DNA from: Catajapyx aquilonaris
Taxonomy: Eukaryota
NCBI GenBank assembly: GCA_000934665.2
Contig: KZ538065.1
Coordinates: 1 to 64,000 of the forward strand
Direction: 5' to 3'
DNA length: 64,000 bases
The position numbers were made by a program, and so were the translations under genes. Shown here piece by piece: positions 1-12,511 of this stretch (within the stretch, counting starts at the first letter, position 1; every line of letters starts with the position of its first letter). The notes below the pieces were generated by a model that worked only from the letters and a program-made list of their open reading frames with translations, was not told where the DNA came from and did no database searches.

Positions 1-59
1 AATAAATGTGAAATGAGAGATAAAGTAACAGCGAGAAAGGTCCATAGCGATAAAAAGAA

Positions 60-138
60 ACGACGTCTTCCTTTCAGGATTCGATCCTTCAACCTTCAGG
101 TTACGAAGAGAGAGTCTTAACCACTAGACCACTGCGCT
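60..138 (-). mobile_element. tRNA-derived SINE head or degenerate tRNA-like sequence
   Basis: Minus strand: A box TGGTCTAGTGG (121-131) and B box GGATCGAATCC (77-87), 33 nt apart; D-stem GTCT/AGAC pairs, anticodon and acceptor stems do not. Confidence 0.6.
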
Positions 139-1502
139 CAGTGCCGTCTTACCGTATGGGCACGATGGGCACTTGCCCGGGGGCCCCAGGCGTTTAGGGG
201 CCCCATGCGACTAGCTGTAAAAAAAAAATGAAAAAAAAATGATTTTTTTTTTAAATTAAAAAACCGTACGATCCTATATACTAGAGAACTTGTACTCTAA
301 AATTAGAAAATTAAGAGTAATTTTATTCAACTCATCATTAGGACCAGACCTAAGAGTAAAGAAGGATAGTAGGAGGACTTCTTGGAAAACTGCACTACCG
401 CTTTCACTTTTGGCATGGGCCCTTCTGAGAAGGTTGGGATGGGTTCACAGATGCATCTCATCTGGGAAAGCTCAAAGCTGGGACCTACAATAATTTTTGG
501 AGCCAGTTACAGCGGGAGGTCAGCCTGCTCGAAAGAATTCTTTTCCTACACGGCTATACTGTAAATTTCAAACCAAGAGCATCATTGGTGAGTTTCCTAT
601 GGAGCATCAATTTTTAATGATCTTCTAATGCTCTCTTGGTGCTTTTTAGCAACAAAAAAGTATCAAAAGCGCATTAAAAATTGACGCTCCATGAGAGACT
701 AATCAGTGATGCTCTTTTAATGTTTTGTGATTTACAATGTAGCAGTGACACTTGACAAATAGAATCCTTCCTGTTCCTCTAACGACTTAAAACAGCGCTG
801 CTAGAAAATAAAGGACATAATTATTATGACCCTTTGGGACAGTTGGAACTTGGGATATGAACTATGCGCGTTGAAGATCAATATATTGCTGTGATGTGAG
901 ATCATTTGATGAGACTTTGGAAAAAATGGGACAATGTGGCGGCGAGTAAAGGTCAGGATTGCATTGTTTTGTGCAGTTTTATCAATATTATTACATTAGT
1001 AGGGCTGTCCCCGAGCTGCGCAAAGAATCTCCAAGTGATATACGATATAAAGATATCACGAAAAAATACGTACTTTACTTCCGAGAATTATCCATGCTAA
1101 TGAATTCACCGGTGTACCCGGAAAATCAGAAAACCCAGCAGAATGGCCCCAGATATACATATTAGCTATTCACCCATTTAAATGAACTGTGGTATACCTA
1201 ATAATGGGAGGCATGTGGTCACCATATTATGGGTGAGCCACAGCCCCATAGGCCACGTGCCCTCCATGACACTACTTATTTTCTGTTCCAATTTCAACTA
1301 CTACTAGTAGACTATTTGTTCTTATTGATTAACCACTGATACAAATAAATTCAGCAGTATATTTAAAATACACATGTTGTTTATTTTATTTTATCGACCA
1401 TTTACTACATTTTTTTCTTGTGAGGGATTATGTAGCAAGGGGGTGGGGGGGCCCAGTGCCCTGCTTTGCCCGGGAGCCTGTCGTGCAGTTAAGACGGCTC
1501 TG
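139..1502. mobile_element. Non-autonomous hAT-superfamily DNA transposon, 1364 bp
   Basis: TIRs CAGTGCCGTCTTA ... TAAGACGGCTCTG (12/13 match); perfect 8-bp TSD ACTGCGCT at 131-138 and 1503-1510; GC-rich GGGCAC/GGGCCC subterminal motifs; no transposase ORF. Confidence 0.9.
557..739. mobile_element. Foldback MITE nested in the hAT element
   Basis: About 70-bp imperfect inverted arms (tactgtaaat...aagagcatca...atggagcatcaatttttaatg vs cattaaaaattgacgctccat...tgatgctctt...atttacaatg), flanked by TA at 555-556 and 740-741. Confidence 0.8.
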
Positions 1503-1734
1503 ACTGCGCTACTTCGATACTGACACTCTCTCCAGCATGTACTTATTGTAAAGAAAGGGCGCCACAAAATTCAACAATCACCATAAAATATTTGATTTAG
1601 GTTACATTTTTTAGCCTTATTAGTGTGATAATAAGTAAAAGAATGTGATAATTTGTGTTTCAGTATATTCATAAAAAATATTCGTGTGCCAAAAACAAAA
1701 AAAACCTGTTATGATTTCTTTTCATGTGATTTAA

Positions 1735-1856
1735 AAAAATTGTGGTATAAAAATTTCCCTGGCATAAAAATTCACGTGGTATAAAAATATCCGTGGTATA
1801 AAAATTCACGTGGTATGAAAATTCACGTGGTATGAAAATTCCCGCGGTATAAAAAA
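1735..1856. repeat. 17-bp minisatellite, about 7 copies (consensus TGGTATRAAAATTCACG)
   Basis: tggtat recurs at 17-nt period, e.g. 1811 and 1828. Confidence 0.85.
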
Positions 1857-2199
1857 CAGGCCACAGCCGCTTCCTTCCGTCCCTATCCTATCCCAAAAAG
1901 CAAATAAAATGAAAGCAAAGAGTTCCAGTCAAAACAAAAATTTCCCCCCCTAAAGAGCCGCCGGCTGATAACAGGGTATGAAGTATTATTAATTATTATT
2001 ACTGTTGCCCAATTTTTTTGGTGCTTCCAAAAATGGGAAATGTTAATGTTTTCATGAACACAGTCCGGGAACTTTTCGATCACACCTCGTACACCTTTAA
2101 ATTTTGTTCTTTTCATGACAACTATTCACATGGCAATCAATGATATACATGAGAGCTTCATTAGTACTAAAAAATAACCAAGTATTCTGTACGGTCTGG

Positions 2200-2299
2200 C
2201 ACGGGAGAGGGTCCTGGCCCTTGGGACAGGGGGGTGGAGGGGGGCGGGTGACACCACGAGTTGCCGCACCGGGTGACAACAACACTAGCAACGCCACTG
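2200..2299. mobile_element. Single terminus of a hAT-like MITE
   Basis: Ends ...ctagcaacgccactg (reverse complement CAGTGGCGTTGCTAG) with repeated GGGTGACA subterminal motifs; partner end not found. Confidence 0.45.
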
Positions 2300-2440
2300 A
2301 TTGTACACGTCATTCTATGTCCTTTTTGGAGATTTGGACATGGTGTCACCCTACATGAAAATAATTATGTTCAATATTATGTGTTATGAACATGTTCATA
2401 GGTCCCATCGTAATGAAGCAATATTAACTCCTACGAAGTG

Positions 2441-2523
2441 GGGGGTGTATCTCAGTGGTAGAGCGTTCCCTTTGCATGTGGAAGGTGCGAAGGTACCGGG
2501 TTCGATTCCCGGCACCATTTTTT
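2441..2523 (+). pseudogene. tRNA-Ala(TGC)-like pseudogene or SINE head with an 8-nt internal duplication
   Basis: GGGGGTGTATCTCAGTGGTAGAGC...TTTGCAT...CCGGGTTCGATTCCCGGCACC followed by T6. T-arm intact; acceptor, D and anticodon stems mismatched; TGGAAGG/TGCGAAGG duplicated in the variable region. Confidence 0.75.
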
Positions 2524-2600
2524 AGCCCCTTGGGATTGGAAGCACGACAGGAGAGGGAAAAGCTTCCTGAAGTTACGAGATGTTTATTGTCTGGGAAAGC

Positions 2601-2727
2601 CAAGGAGTACCTGGTTGTAGTAGGCCTACCAAGGGTACCTGGGAGTACCTAAGGAGTACCGAAGAGTACCAAAGAGTACCACTGCATGTGTACACCGGAG
2701 TACCGAAGTGCGTACCCCCTTGGCAGG
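2601..2727 (+). repeat. Dispersed repeat with 10-bp GAGTACC subrepeats, copy 1
   Basis: ...ggagtaccact...gtgtacaccggagtaccgaagtg...tacccccttgg matches the reverse complement of 48453-48530. Confidence 0.8.
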
Positions 2728-5700
2728 TGAACTGTACAACGTACGTACGAGTACGTTATAACTCTACCCTTGTTATCAGTTCCTCATCAGGCTTTTCGTC
2801 CAGTGGGTGTTAGCTAACTTTGTGATGCAGGAATATTCAAATCACGTTTCCAGATATATCGTTACATTTTGCATTGTTGGGCTTGTTAGACACTTGCGGC
2901 TTAATATTATGAACATTAATTACTTTCTAAGGCCTGAGGAATTATTATAGTGTGCAAAAATAATTATCTTCCATTAATCAAGTTACCTATAACGTCAGAA
3001 GATCTGATGCATCAGCCGTCACAGGTGAATGATTCGAAATGACTATACTTTTCACTTAGGCCTATCCTATTCAAAATTGTATTTAAAAGTACGGAACCAA
3101 CAAAAAGCCCAAGGCAAAAGATGAAAATAAAAGTTACTATCGTCCCTCATTACTGAGCAAAATCTAACGCCATCGATTTCTTGTACGCCCACTTGGCTTT
3201 CATTTTAGCAGTTCTCTAGTCAGCTGTATACTGTACCTTGGTTTTGAAAGGCTTTTCGCAATGTGTCTTAGCCTGTGTCCATATTAAGTACGGTACATAT
3301 CAAATGTCGCATTGAAATGGGTTTCCTCTCGAATTTTTTGCACATACTGTAGTTCCAGAAATGAAAATGTGGGGTCACTACCAGCGAGTTACGCACAGCC
3401 GCCACCTGCCGGCCACTAACAGAACCTTCGGGCACTGTACGGCATGATTACCATCAACCATTTCAAAACGGACTTTTCGCATTATCTTTCTTTTTTATTT
3501 TTTTTATACAGGCGACAGAGCACGTACGGTACCGCACTGTAATGCAATTTCGCAAAGATGCGACGACGATACCTGAGAACGGGCCCACCGAGCACACAAT
3601 AGGCGCCATTGTAATCGGCCGGACACCTGCAATGAGATATTATTATTACAAGTTCATCGGAGGGAAACGGTCCTGAGGGTGCGCTATAAAAGAAAAAAAA
3701 AAGGTTGGCAAGTGGAGCAGTCCACATTCCCACCCATTGGAATGATAGCAGGACTGGAAAAGGGAGAAGCAGACATTTCGCCTGAACTCGGGGGGATATT
3801 GTAGGTCAGTCTGGTCATGGCCATTCCTTTGGGCCCAATCTCGTTATTATCAAACTTGACTGACCACATATACGTACGGTCAGCTGGAAGATCTTTTGCA
3901 CAACCACGCTGTCCCCCACTTATCATAAAACAATTGCTCGTTACTTTTAGGGCCAGTAGTGTCAAGACAAATTAAAGAAAACCCGCAAATTATGCACCGT
4001 ACGTGATTATAGCCTACAATATAGGCGCTTACACAACCAACCCTAAACAGTTATTTTTAAATGTATCGGATTATTACTGTAGTGGTAACTTTTCAAAGCA
4101 TGTGTTGTTAATGGAGCGATTTTGACAGGGAATGTTGATTGTTACTAATTGAAACGAAACTTTATGGTTCATGATAATGCTATACGATCTTATAATGCGG
4201 TCATATGAGTCGCATGAATGAGAGTGAATGGCGTCTCTCCAAGCCTCCTACATTCACTTCCAGAAGACACTGATATTCCTCTAAATCAATATTTGGGTCA
4301 GAGACCAACTACTATTAGTCAGGCAAGTAATTGCTTGGGGACTTGGATAAGAAATTATTCAAAATAAAAGTTAACGTTATTATATAATTATATAGAGAAA
4401 AACAGTACCATATCATACAAAAGCTACTAATTTGACCTGTAACACACAAATCATGCAGTTCTCCATAAAATGTTACAATCATAATTATGAAAAGAGTCTC
4501 TCAAGAAAAGAGTGGAGATTAATTTTTTGCTACAATTGTTAAAGCCACCACTGCCACAAATTTACGACAGTTCATTTGTATAGTCGTGTATACTGTAACG
4601 ATTCAGGGTCATAAAAAGTACTTTGCTTTCCAATTTTTTCCAGACCCGTCAGGAATACTGCAGGAATACTTCAAAAAACGTTTATTTTTGCTCGTACTGT
4701 AAGCGTACAATACATGAACGCCCAATTTCTCATTGCACGAAGGGAGTGAAAAAGAAATGGGCTGTTTATCTCGACGACATGTTTCATGTTAACAAACATG
4801 TCGTAACCAACAATCAGGGCCACATTCACTTGTTTTGACTGTTGTCGCTCCTCAAATTGATTGCTGGAATGAACAATCTCTAACTGCATTTCACAATGTA
4901 TTTTATTGCATTGCATTGTTGGGCTGTGGACATAGGCAGGGAAGTACCTTGATGAGTGATTCTGTCTTTTTAGTACCGTACTGCTCAAAGAGGCATTATC
5001 ATTGCTCTTCGATCTTTCGGTAAGAGGCATTATTTGTGTACGATGCAAAGAGGCATATATTTGTGGCAGATTTGAGTACTTCAAATTGAGAACTAAATTA
5101 ATTAAATTTTGGTCAAAATTGGCCTAGATGTTGTTGCATAATATAGTCCCCGCCGAATACTTACTAAAGCCAGTTTTCTGATCCAATTTTGATGATAATA
5201 ATATCTTCCACTTATGCAACTGACAACTTACTATTGTGGTCATTCCTCGTCGAAGCAGTAGTATTATGAATTACGTACTGTGAAGCAAAAAATTATACCG
5301 TATACCCTAATGACTGCTCAGAAAAAAGGACTTCACCTCGAGATTCTAATCTTCACATTTGCTCATAAAAGCAATTACAGATCATATTAATACTAAGCTG
5401 AGGCGCACCAAAGGTAATAGACACGGACTTTAGGTACCTAATGTTTTCTCAGACAAAAAATACAAATATTTTTGGTTTCCATTCGGTATTCAAAATCCGA
5501 AGCAGAAATGCTTTCATTAATTTGCACAAAAACCCTTATTTCTTTTAAACTATTGTATATACCTAGAGGCGCAGGTTGAGAACGACTGCACGACACTGCG
5601 ACAAATTAAATAAGTAAACAACCTTGTAAACAACATTACTACAATCCGGTCATGACGATGGGGCAAAATATGCACAATTGTGGGGAAGTATAAATGAAAT

Positions 5701-8700
5701 ACGATGTGCTGATTATGGTATTTTTTCTTTTAACATTGAACATTTCAATTTAAAAAGCAATAAATAATCGGAAAACACTTCCAATAAGTTATACGTATCA
5801 AAAACACAACAATGTAACAACATGGCAGATCAAATTCAACATTTCTATTTGTCTTCGAAAAAACATTTTTGATAAATTACTGACAATCATCTCACTTTCT
5901 TGCACTTGTTATGTAATCACAATCAGTTTCAAGTACATTAGTATTATAATTAAATGTTCACATGATGCAACACAGAAATGCTGCAAAGCATCGTAATTAT
6001 TAGCTTGATCGTGACAGTGATCGAAAGGCCAAGGTAAATGTGTTATCAAGAAAACATAGTCTGGAATAATGAATTGTTTTTGTGCAAATAATAATTGCAC
6101 CATACATTTATGTAAGGTTCATTTTATTAGTAGTGGCACAAAGTGTTTTCTAATTTCCTAGAAGGAAAATGAGAGAGAAATTACGAAGGAAAACATTGCT
6201 GTTATATCATGCTTACTGTATTTGTACTGCCTGGAAAACTAATTTCGAAATAAAACGCAGCAAATGAAAAATGCGAGAACTCGTAACTCGTACTATTGTG
6301 GACATTATAATAGCCTACACATAATATTATTGATAACAATTTGTTGGAGTCATTGGATTACAATGAATTGGGAGAAATTGACCAAACACGACCATCAGCA
6401 TGTACTGTACTGTACAACCATTACAATTACCTGTATTACAGTGCAACAACTGCCTAACAGCTGTTTACCGTGCAATACTTTCTCACCCTTTCCACCACTC
6501 TTGCAGTACTGGATTATTAATATCACGTGATGGTCAACCCACAATGAAATTGCATGCACCCTTTCCCCAGTTTACATATAAGCGTAATGATCTACCCTCT
6601 ACCGGAAGTTTGCATAATTACAGTATTTAACAATCCACATAAATATGTCCACATGTTATTCTTTGCATATTTAGCTATAAATATTCTACTTTCACGTGTG
6701 AAAGTTATTGCACTATAGATCAACGCAGCATGTTACACCAAAGAAGAATTATCTCTAAGATTTGATCTCTCAGCTGCTGGCTCTGTTTACCTCTAGGCCT
6801 GCGTAACCCAGCATCATCACCAGGTTCAATAAAACAACTTTCTATGTGACTCATTGTCTCGTGGTGATAAGGCAACACCAGTGAGAGCATAATGATGAAT
6901 ACCAACTTGGTAAACAGTTTCAACGAGTACTATACAAAAACTGTTAAACCTTCATTGCAGTGTATACAAATTCGAAATATCAGATCAGTCCTGTCTGACG
7001 TACAGGAAACATGAAGTCAATCCGCAATGTATTATGTCTCCTTACATTTCGTTTGATACGATGCCTGCATACTTTTTTGTGAACCTTCTTTTTAATATCC
7101 TCATGTTTCATGTTTGTATAAGTTAATTTTAACCTTCGAGGTGTCAGTAACGACCATGAAACACTTTCGCAGATTTCACGCTTAGAGGAGCACTTAAAAA
7201 TAAGCATGGTAAGTCGTCAAGTTCATGGCAATTGCTTATCACCAAGCTATCTGGTTACAATATTATATTTGAAAGCAAATAATTACCCTTGTCTGCATGT
7301 ATACTGTAGTATTAATTTTTCATCATAATTCAAGGCTGGGAGAGTAACTGACGCGAGAAGATTTGTCATGCAGAATGGTCAGTGGCTACACATTTTCCAC
7401 AAATTCAGAGAACCTACTAGAAACAACAGCGCGGCAACATTGTTGTCGTTTGGTAGGTGATGGCTTCAATCTAGTATACTGTCAGTAAAGTGCTTTGAAA
7501 ATCTCACTAACCTATCACAAACTCCTGGTTGCAGGCTTCGAGTGTCTATATCACTCTCAATGAGAAACATTCCCTGCTTTCTACAGCGTTCGATAAATAA
7601 TGTGCTCTAAATATCCAAAACTCATTTCTCAGCTGTTCATCTAGGCAGTTATTCTAATATAGGCTAAGTTACTCTCCTTTTCTTACAAAAATTATGGTTT
7701 CTAAAGGTTGCCTAGACACGTCCTTTTAAAGTGCTACGGACAGGTCTAAGCTGTAAAAATGTGTTTAATCCTTGACCTGAGATGGGTTGAAAATGCCAAA
7801 AATGTACGATAAAAGGAAACTAGGCTACATAAATATTTTTATAGCAACCTTGTACTGCACTCACTAAACAATAAGCATAGCATTCTTGAGCCACCCTCCA
7901 AACTATTTCATTCTGGAAGTTACAGGAAGACATGTTACGCGTTATGCACTTTCATTATAGGTGTCTGTCCAGTGTCCCTGAAGTGACAGCGAGGTTGTCT
8001 TTTCCTCATATATAGTACCCATTCATACAACACTACAAAAAAGGCGTGGATCGTTATGCTTATTTTGGATCTTAATTTTACAGTACTGTATACCAAATGA
8101 AGCGGCATCCTTGGTGCAACTATCCCCGTGTGACTTTTAAGCCTTCACATCCTTAGCCTTCATTCCACATCCAAACCTTACATCCGCCTCCTTCTCACAC
8201 TGCCAAACACGGATGATGATTGAGGTTTTAATGACAGCAATTTATTTATATATAAATATATTTTTTCTGTCCTGCACAATCACATCATCAGCAACTGCAA
8301 CGTCAGAAACCCAGCTTATAAAGTTTCATTGCACAAAAAGCAGTGGCTGTGTGATTATTCTAATTAGTCTAAGTATTATTTTGCACCATTAGTGTATTGC
8401 TTTATAGCCCTAAAGCAGCACTTTATAATAGGATCGCTTTTCCGTATTTGCATTTGCTGTGTTGCCACGTTGCGTTGTCCCGAGATATCAACGTTCATTA
8501 GTCCCTTCCTCCAACTACTATCTTCTCAATACGAAATATGTCCAACGCTTTATGAGCTGTCTATGAGAATCAGACAGTCCAATATTACAGTGGCAGTAAC
8601 TTGTTGTAACCTACTTCCTGCTTGGTTAAAACCGCAACAGATTTCTTCTCAGCATAGACAACTCGTAATATATTCTCAATTCAAAAATGAAGCACATGCA

Positions 8701-8850
8701 AGCGAATCTTGTGACTTTTAACATATCTAACATCTGAATGGTAAATGTTATTTTCTGCAGTACCGCGTCTTCTTCCTTCATCTGGAGCGGCCTCTACCGG
8801 TCCTGCTGCTGCGACTTTGTTGGTCAGTGGGCCGTCTCGACCGTAACCTT

Positions 8851-8916
8851 CTTTTTTTCTTCTCTCTCTCTCTTCTCTCTCTCTCTTTCCCACCTTCCAC
8901 CCCCTCTCCCTCTCTC
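8851..8916. repeat. CT-rich polypyrimidine / (CT)n tract
   Basis: ctttttttcttctctctctctcttctctctctctctttccc... Confidence 0.75.
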
Positions 8917-11900
8917 GTTCGTCCAACAGGCCGTGCAAGGAAACGGGCCTCCGAAGACGAGGCCGAGGCTCAGTGGCCAGGTGGTAATCCAGGCGAAGAG
9001 AGGTACTTGCTCTCAGCACAGAAGACATACCAGGAAAGGGCCCCACCCCTCAGGGCAATGTGCATCCTGTGACCTCTGTCTGGGATTTTTGTGACCTGAG
9101 AGCCCTGAGTGACCCACCATCTCCTGCTTCCATCAGGTGAGGTATGATGATATTTGACCAATTGAAGGATGTTTTTTTAATTCATAAAAAGGGGCCAGAC
9201 TTTCACCTCTGTGGTTGAGGCGGGGCCTCAACTTGAAGTAGGTTGGTGTCCCTTTTTTTGGGAGGTGATTGAATCGAACGGTCGAAACACGTGACCTGTT
9301 CTGAGGAGGGCTAATGCCGGAGGTGAACTTAACTTGGGTTTTACCCAAAGGATGCTGAAGAACATAGACTACGCAATATTTAATTATAGGGAAAGATCTA
9401 CGAGGATTCTAGATGATTCAGCAGAAGAACAGTGCAGTTAAGCATCTTCCTAATTAATTTAAACCACTTAGGGTTGATTGCATAACCACGAGTTGGTCAC
9501 ACAACCGGCCCTTAATTAATTTAAAATTAGCTAAAAATTAGTTTGAAGAATCAGCCGGCAAATGATCAGCAAAACTTTACGACGACAATTTTCATCCCTA
9601 TTTCCAATTTTATGTACTACCGGTAACTTACATGTTCATATCTCGTAAATATTTCAATTAATTGTGCAAATTATGAATATGGTAACGAGCCAAGGTCACT
9701 AGCGACGCTGATTCAAACGAATCTCGCACTGTAGACTCTGTTTAGGTGAGGAATCTGCGCAGTTTTGCGCATTGCTGACCATAGAGTGGGACCGAGAAAA
9801 CTTTCTCGTGAAGGTCTGTTTTCATAATTCGCTTCCTTTTTTTTCCGTGATTTCTTAGCGAGAGAGGAAGAGGTTCGCGTGTGCGAGACCTAATTTTCAT
9901 TTGGATTTGCACAACCACCTGAGAAAGAAAGGAAGGATGAGGGAAATGGGCCACATACGTAAAGCATCTTCTTTCGTGTTTAATTTTTTTTTTCTGGTTG
10001 AAAATGAGAAGGACGTCTGGGCGTTGGCATGTGGCTGCCACGTTTTGGGATGCTTGGCTTTTCCCAGATTCTCAGTATCCCTTACTTATTACTATCTTCA
10101 ATCTCCACACACAAACTAGTAGTGACTCATTGCCGGAGAATATGATCGATGCAGGCCCTACCCATGCAGGCATCTGAGGTTGACTACTTCCAGCGTCCTG
10201 GATTCCATAGACTTTAAGAGTCTAATCGGCTCGAAATCAAACCATATAGCAGCAAAATCCTGGTGCAGGAATAGTTTGAGCAGATAACAGTTGTAGTCCT
10301 TGCGTAAACTTAGGCTCATTGGGGAAGGAAATGCAGCAATATTTTTTCTCGATTCAAGGTGAGATGCAGCCTATCAGTTATTAACACGAGCCAAAAATAA
10401 TATTATCACATCAGTTTTTCCGCACCTGTCGGTACAGTATACGCCAACATTAACTTGTAAACTCGGGGAGGTGTTGGATAATGCGGAGCTGTGACTTGTG
10501 AGCCAATATTGCTATGATAGTTTTTATGTTAAAGTTAAGAAATACTCCTTGGCGAAATACAATATTATTCGATACTTTTCTGATATAGAAATATCTCGGC
10601 GAACTAACGCAAGAAGATACATTGAAATGTGGGAGGGGAACATACTGTATTATACGCAATTATATACCCCACATCGTGCAATAAAATCATGTTCTCATGG
10701 AAATATTTGCTTTTTGGAAGGAGAAATAAATGCATCAGAGTGCCTTACACTGCACACATTTTTGGATGATCAATATATTCCCGAGATTTGCATAATTCAT
10801 ACGTCGATAATTATTATTCCAATTGAAGCAGCATGCCAGTTTTTTAACGACACCATAATATCCTCTAATTATTTTAGGCATCAAGTGAAAACGTGAGGCC
10901 CGCCTGCTACCTTTTGTTATGACGCTCAATAGTTGCGGACACTCGGAACATTAATCGGGTGAAACAGCAATGCAACCACTTTTTACAATGCGTCACACTA
11001 TGGATCTATGTGATCATTCAGGCTGAAATAATTATCATGAGATGTTAGCTTAAGCAGGTTCCCACACTGCTCTGCAATTTTGCGCAAACTGCGTTCCTAT
11101 ATAATACTCATATATTCATAATGTACATTTAAAAGTCAACCTATTAGTATATAGAGCTTGCGTGACATAACAAATTTTGCAATATTTGAAACATTTCAGT
11201 AAGCGAAAAATTATTTATCGCGGCCAAAGAAATTATTATTTCCCAGAAACATGTGTACCGGTAGTGGTAATAACTGAAACTGTGGCTGTCGCGCAGTTAT
11301 TACAGTACAATAATAAGTTACATGAAAATGGATTGCAGTAAGCTTGTTTTATATTCTTCTAGTGTGAAAGTGATTACGCGAGTGATTCTCTTGCATTCAT
11401 AATTTTGTTTGAGCGTCAGTGACACTCACAATAAGGTGATCAATATCACCATAATTATACTGAATGACTACATTCTACAATATGACGATCAAATGAGAAA
11501 CATTAAACGCTATAAATATGTTTTTGCATGCATGGTGGTCACAAAATGCGCCAAATGGTGAATGTATTAACACAATATATTAAGAGAAATCTCTGATTAC
11601 TTACACATACTCATTATGGCTAATCAGAAAATTTCTCTTAATTTAAGTTTACCCTAAACATAAAACATAAATCGCAATTGCCACTCAATAAGGCACGTGG
11701 CATATCAGAAATATAGACTGTGATTTGCTTTGCACTATAGATTTTTGCTATTTTTGCCACTTCATGAATATAGTGACCTATGGTATGGCTCAGCTACAAA
11801 ATGCCCGATTTTTTCAGATTTTAAGCAGACTGTTAATAGCAAACCGCAATGTAAGGTACCGTAGTTGCCATGCACAGTGGGCTCATTATGGTCAGTTATG

Positions 11901-12360
11901 TATAAGGCAGATATTGGGTTTATTGAAACCACTCGTTATTAGTAATTATTAATTAAATAATCTATAAAAATTATATATGCTAAGCATATTACTTGCATGG
12001 CCTTCTCCCCATACAAAAAATCATTGCGTCAATAGGTTTTTTATTCTGCATGGAACAAACAAAAAAAAACAATTGATGCTATTCGATGTGCTCATACAAC
12101 ATGCACTTCATTAACCATAATCAGCCTTCACATTGCACCACCTCATACAAACCGAGTGCCCTTGATGATTCCTTACGGGAAATCCCCAACGACACCCATC
12201 AAAATCTGCACAATGGCTGCGAAAAAAGAATCATTGACTTCTCTATTATGACTCTCTTGGTTTTTTTAAAAAGCAAGTTACGCAAGCTAGAATTTTTGAT
12301 GACGTCTTGACTGAGGGGGGAGTGAAACAAACAGTATACTTGCTATTCCTTCGTGAGGGT

Positions 12361-12511
12361 GGGGGGGGGGGGTATAAAGAAGTCGTCACGCGAGAGTAGT
12401 CCCTCACTCACAGTAGAGCTGCCAAGGTAAAAGTGAAGGTGATCTCCACCAAGATCTTCTTGGGATTTGGGCCTTCCCCAGCAATTTGTCACCATTTCTG
12501 ATCATTCAGGG
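12361..12511 (+). promoter_or_regulatory. Candidate TATA promoter and non-coding first exon for elongase A
   Basis: G12 run, TATAAA at 12373, Inr-like TCACT at 12404, donor G|gtatgt at 12512; coding exon 1 is preceded by an acceptor, so an upstream exon is expected. Confidence 0.45.

Noticed and set aside
2441..2519. Functional tRNA-Ala(TGC)
   Set aside because: Mismatches in acceptor, D and anticodon stems, loss of G3:U70 and an 8-nt duplication; kept only as pseudogene or SINE head.
1735..2727. CRISPR-like reading of the 17-bp and GAGTACC repeats
   Set aside because: Units are contiguous with no unique spacers, there are no cas genes, and the context is eukaryotic.
6720..7207. Minus-strand ORFs as exons of another gene
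   Set aside because: No recognisable domain and no convincing splice framework.
9262..9325. Hammerhead-ribozyme-like motif (gtgattga...cgaaacacgtg; ctgagga)
   Set aside because: No intact CUGANGA upstream of GAAA, the cleavage triplet would be GUG, and the later CTGAGGA lacks a following GAAA. Other CTGANGA sites I checked also lacked the fold.
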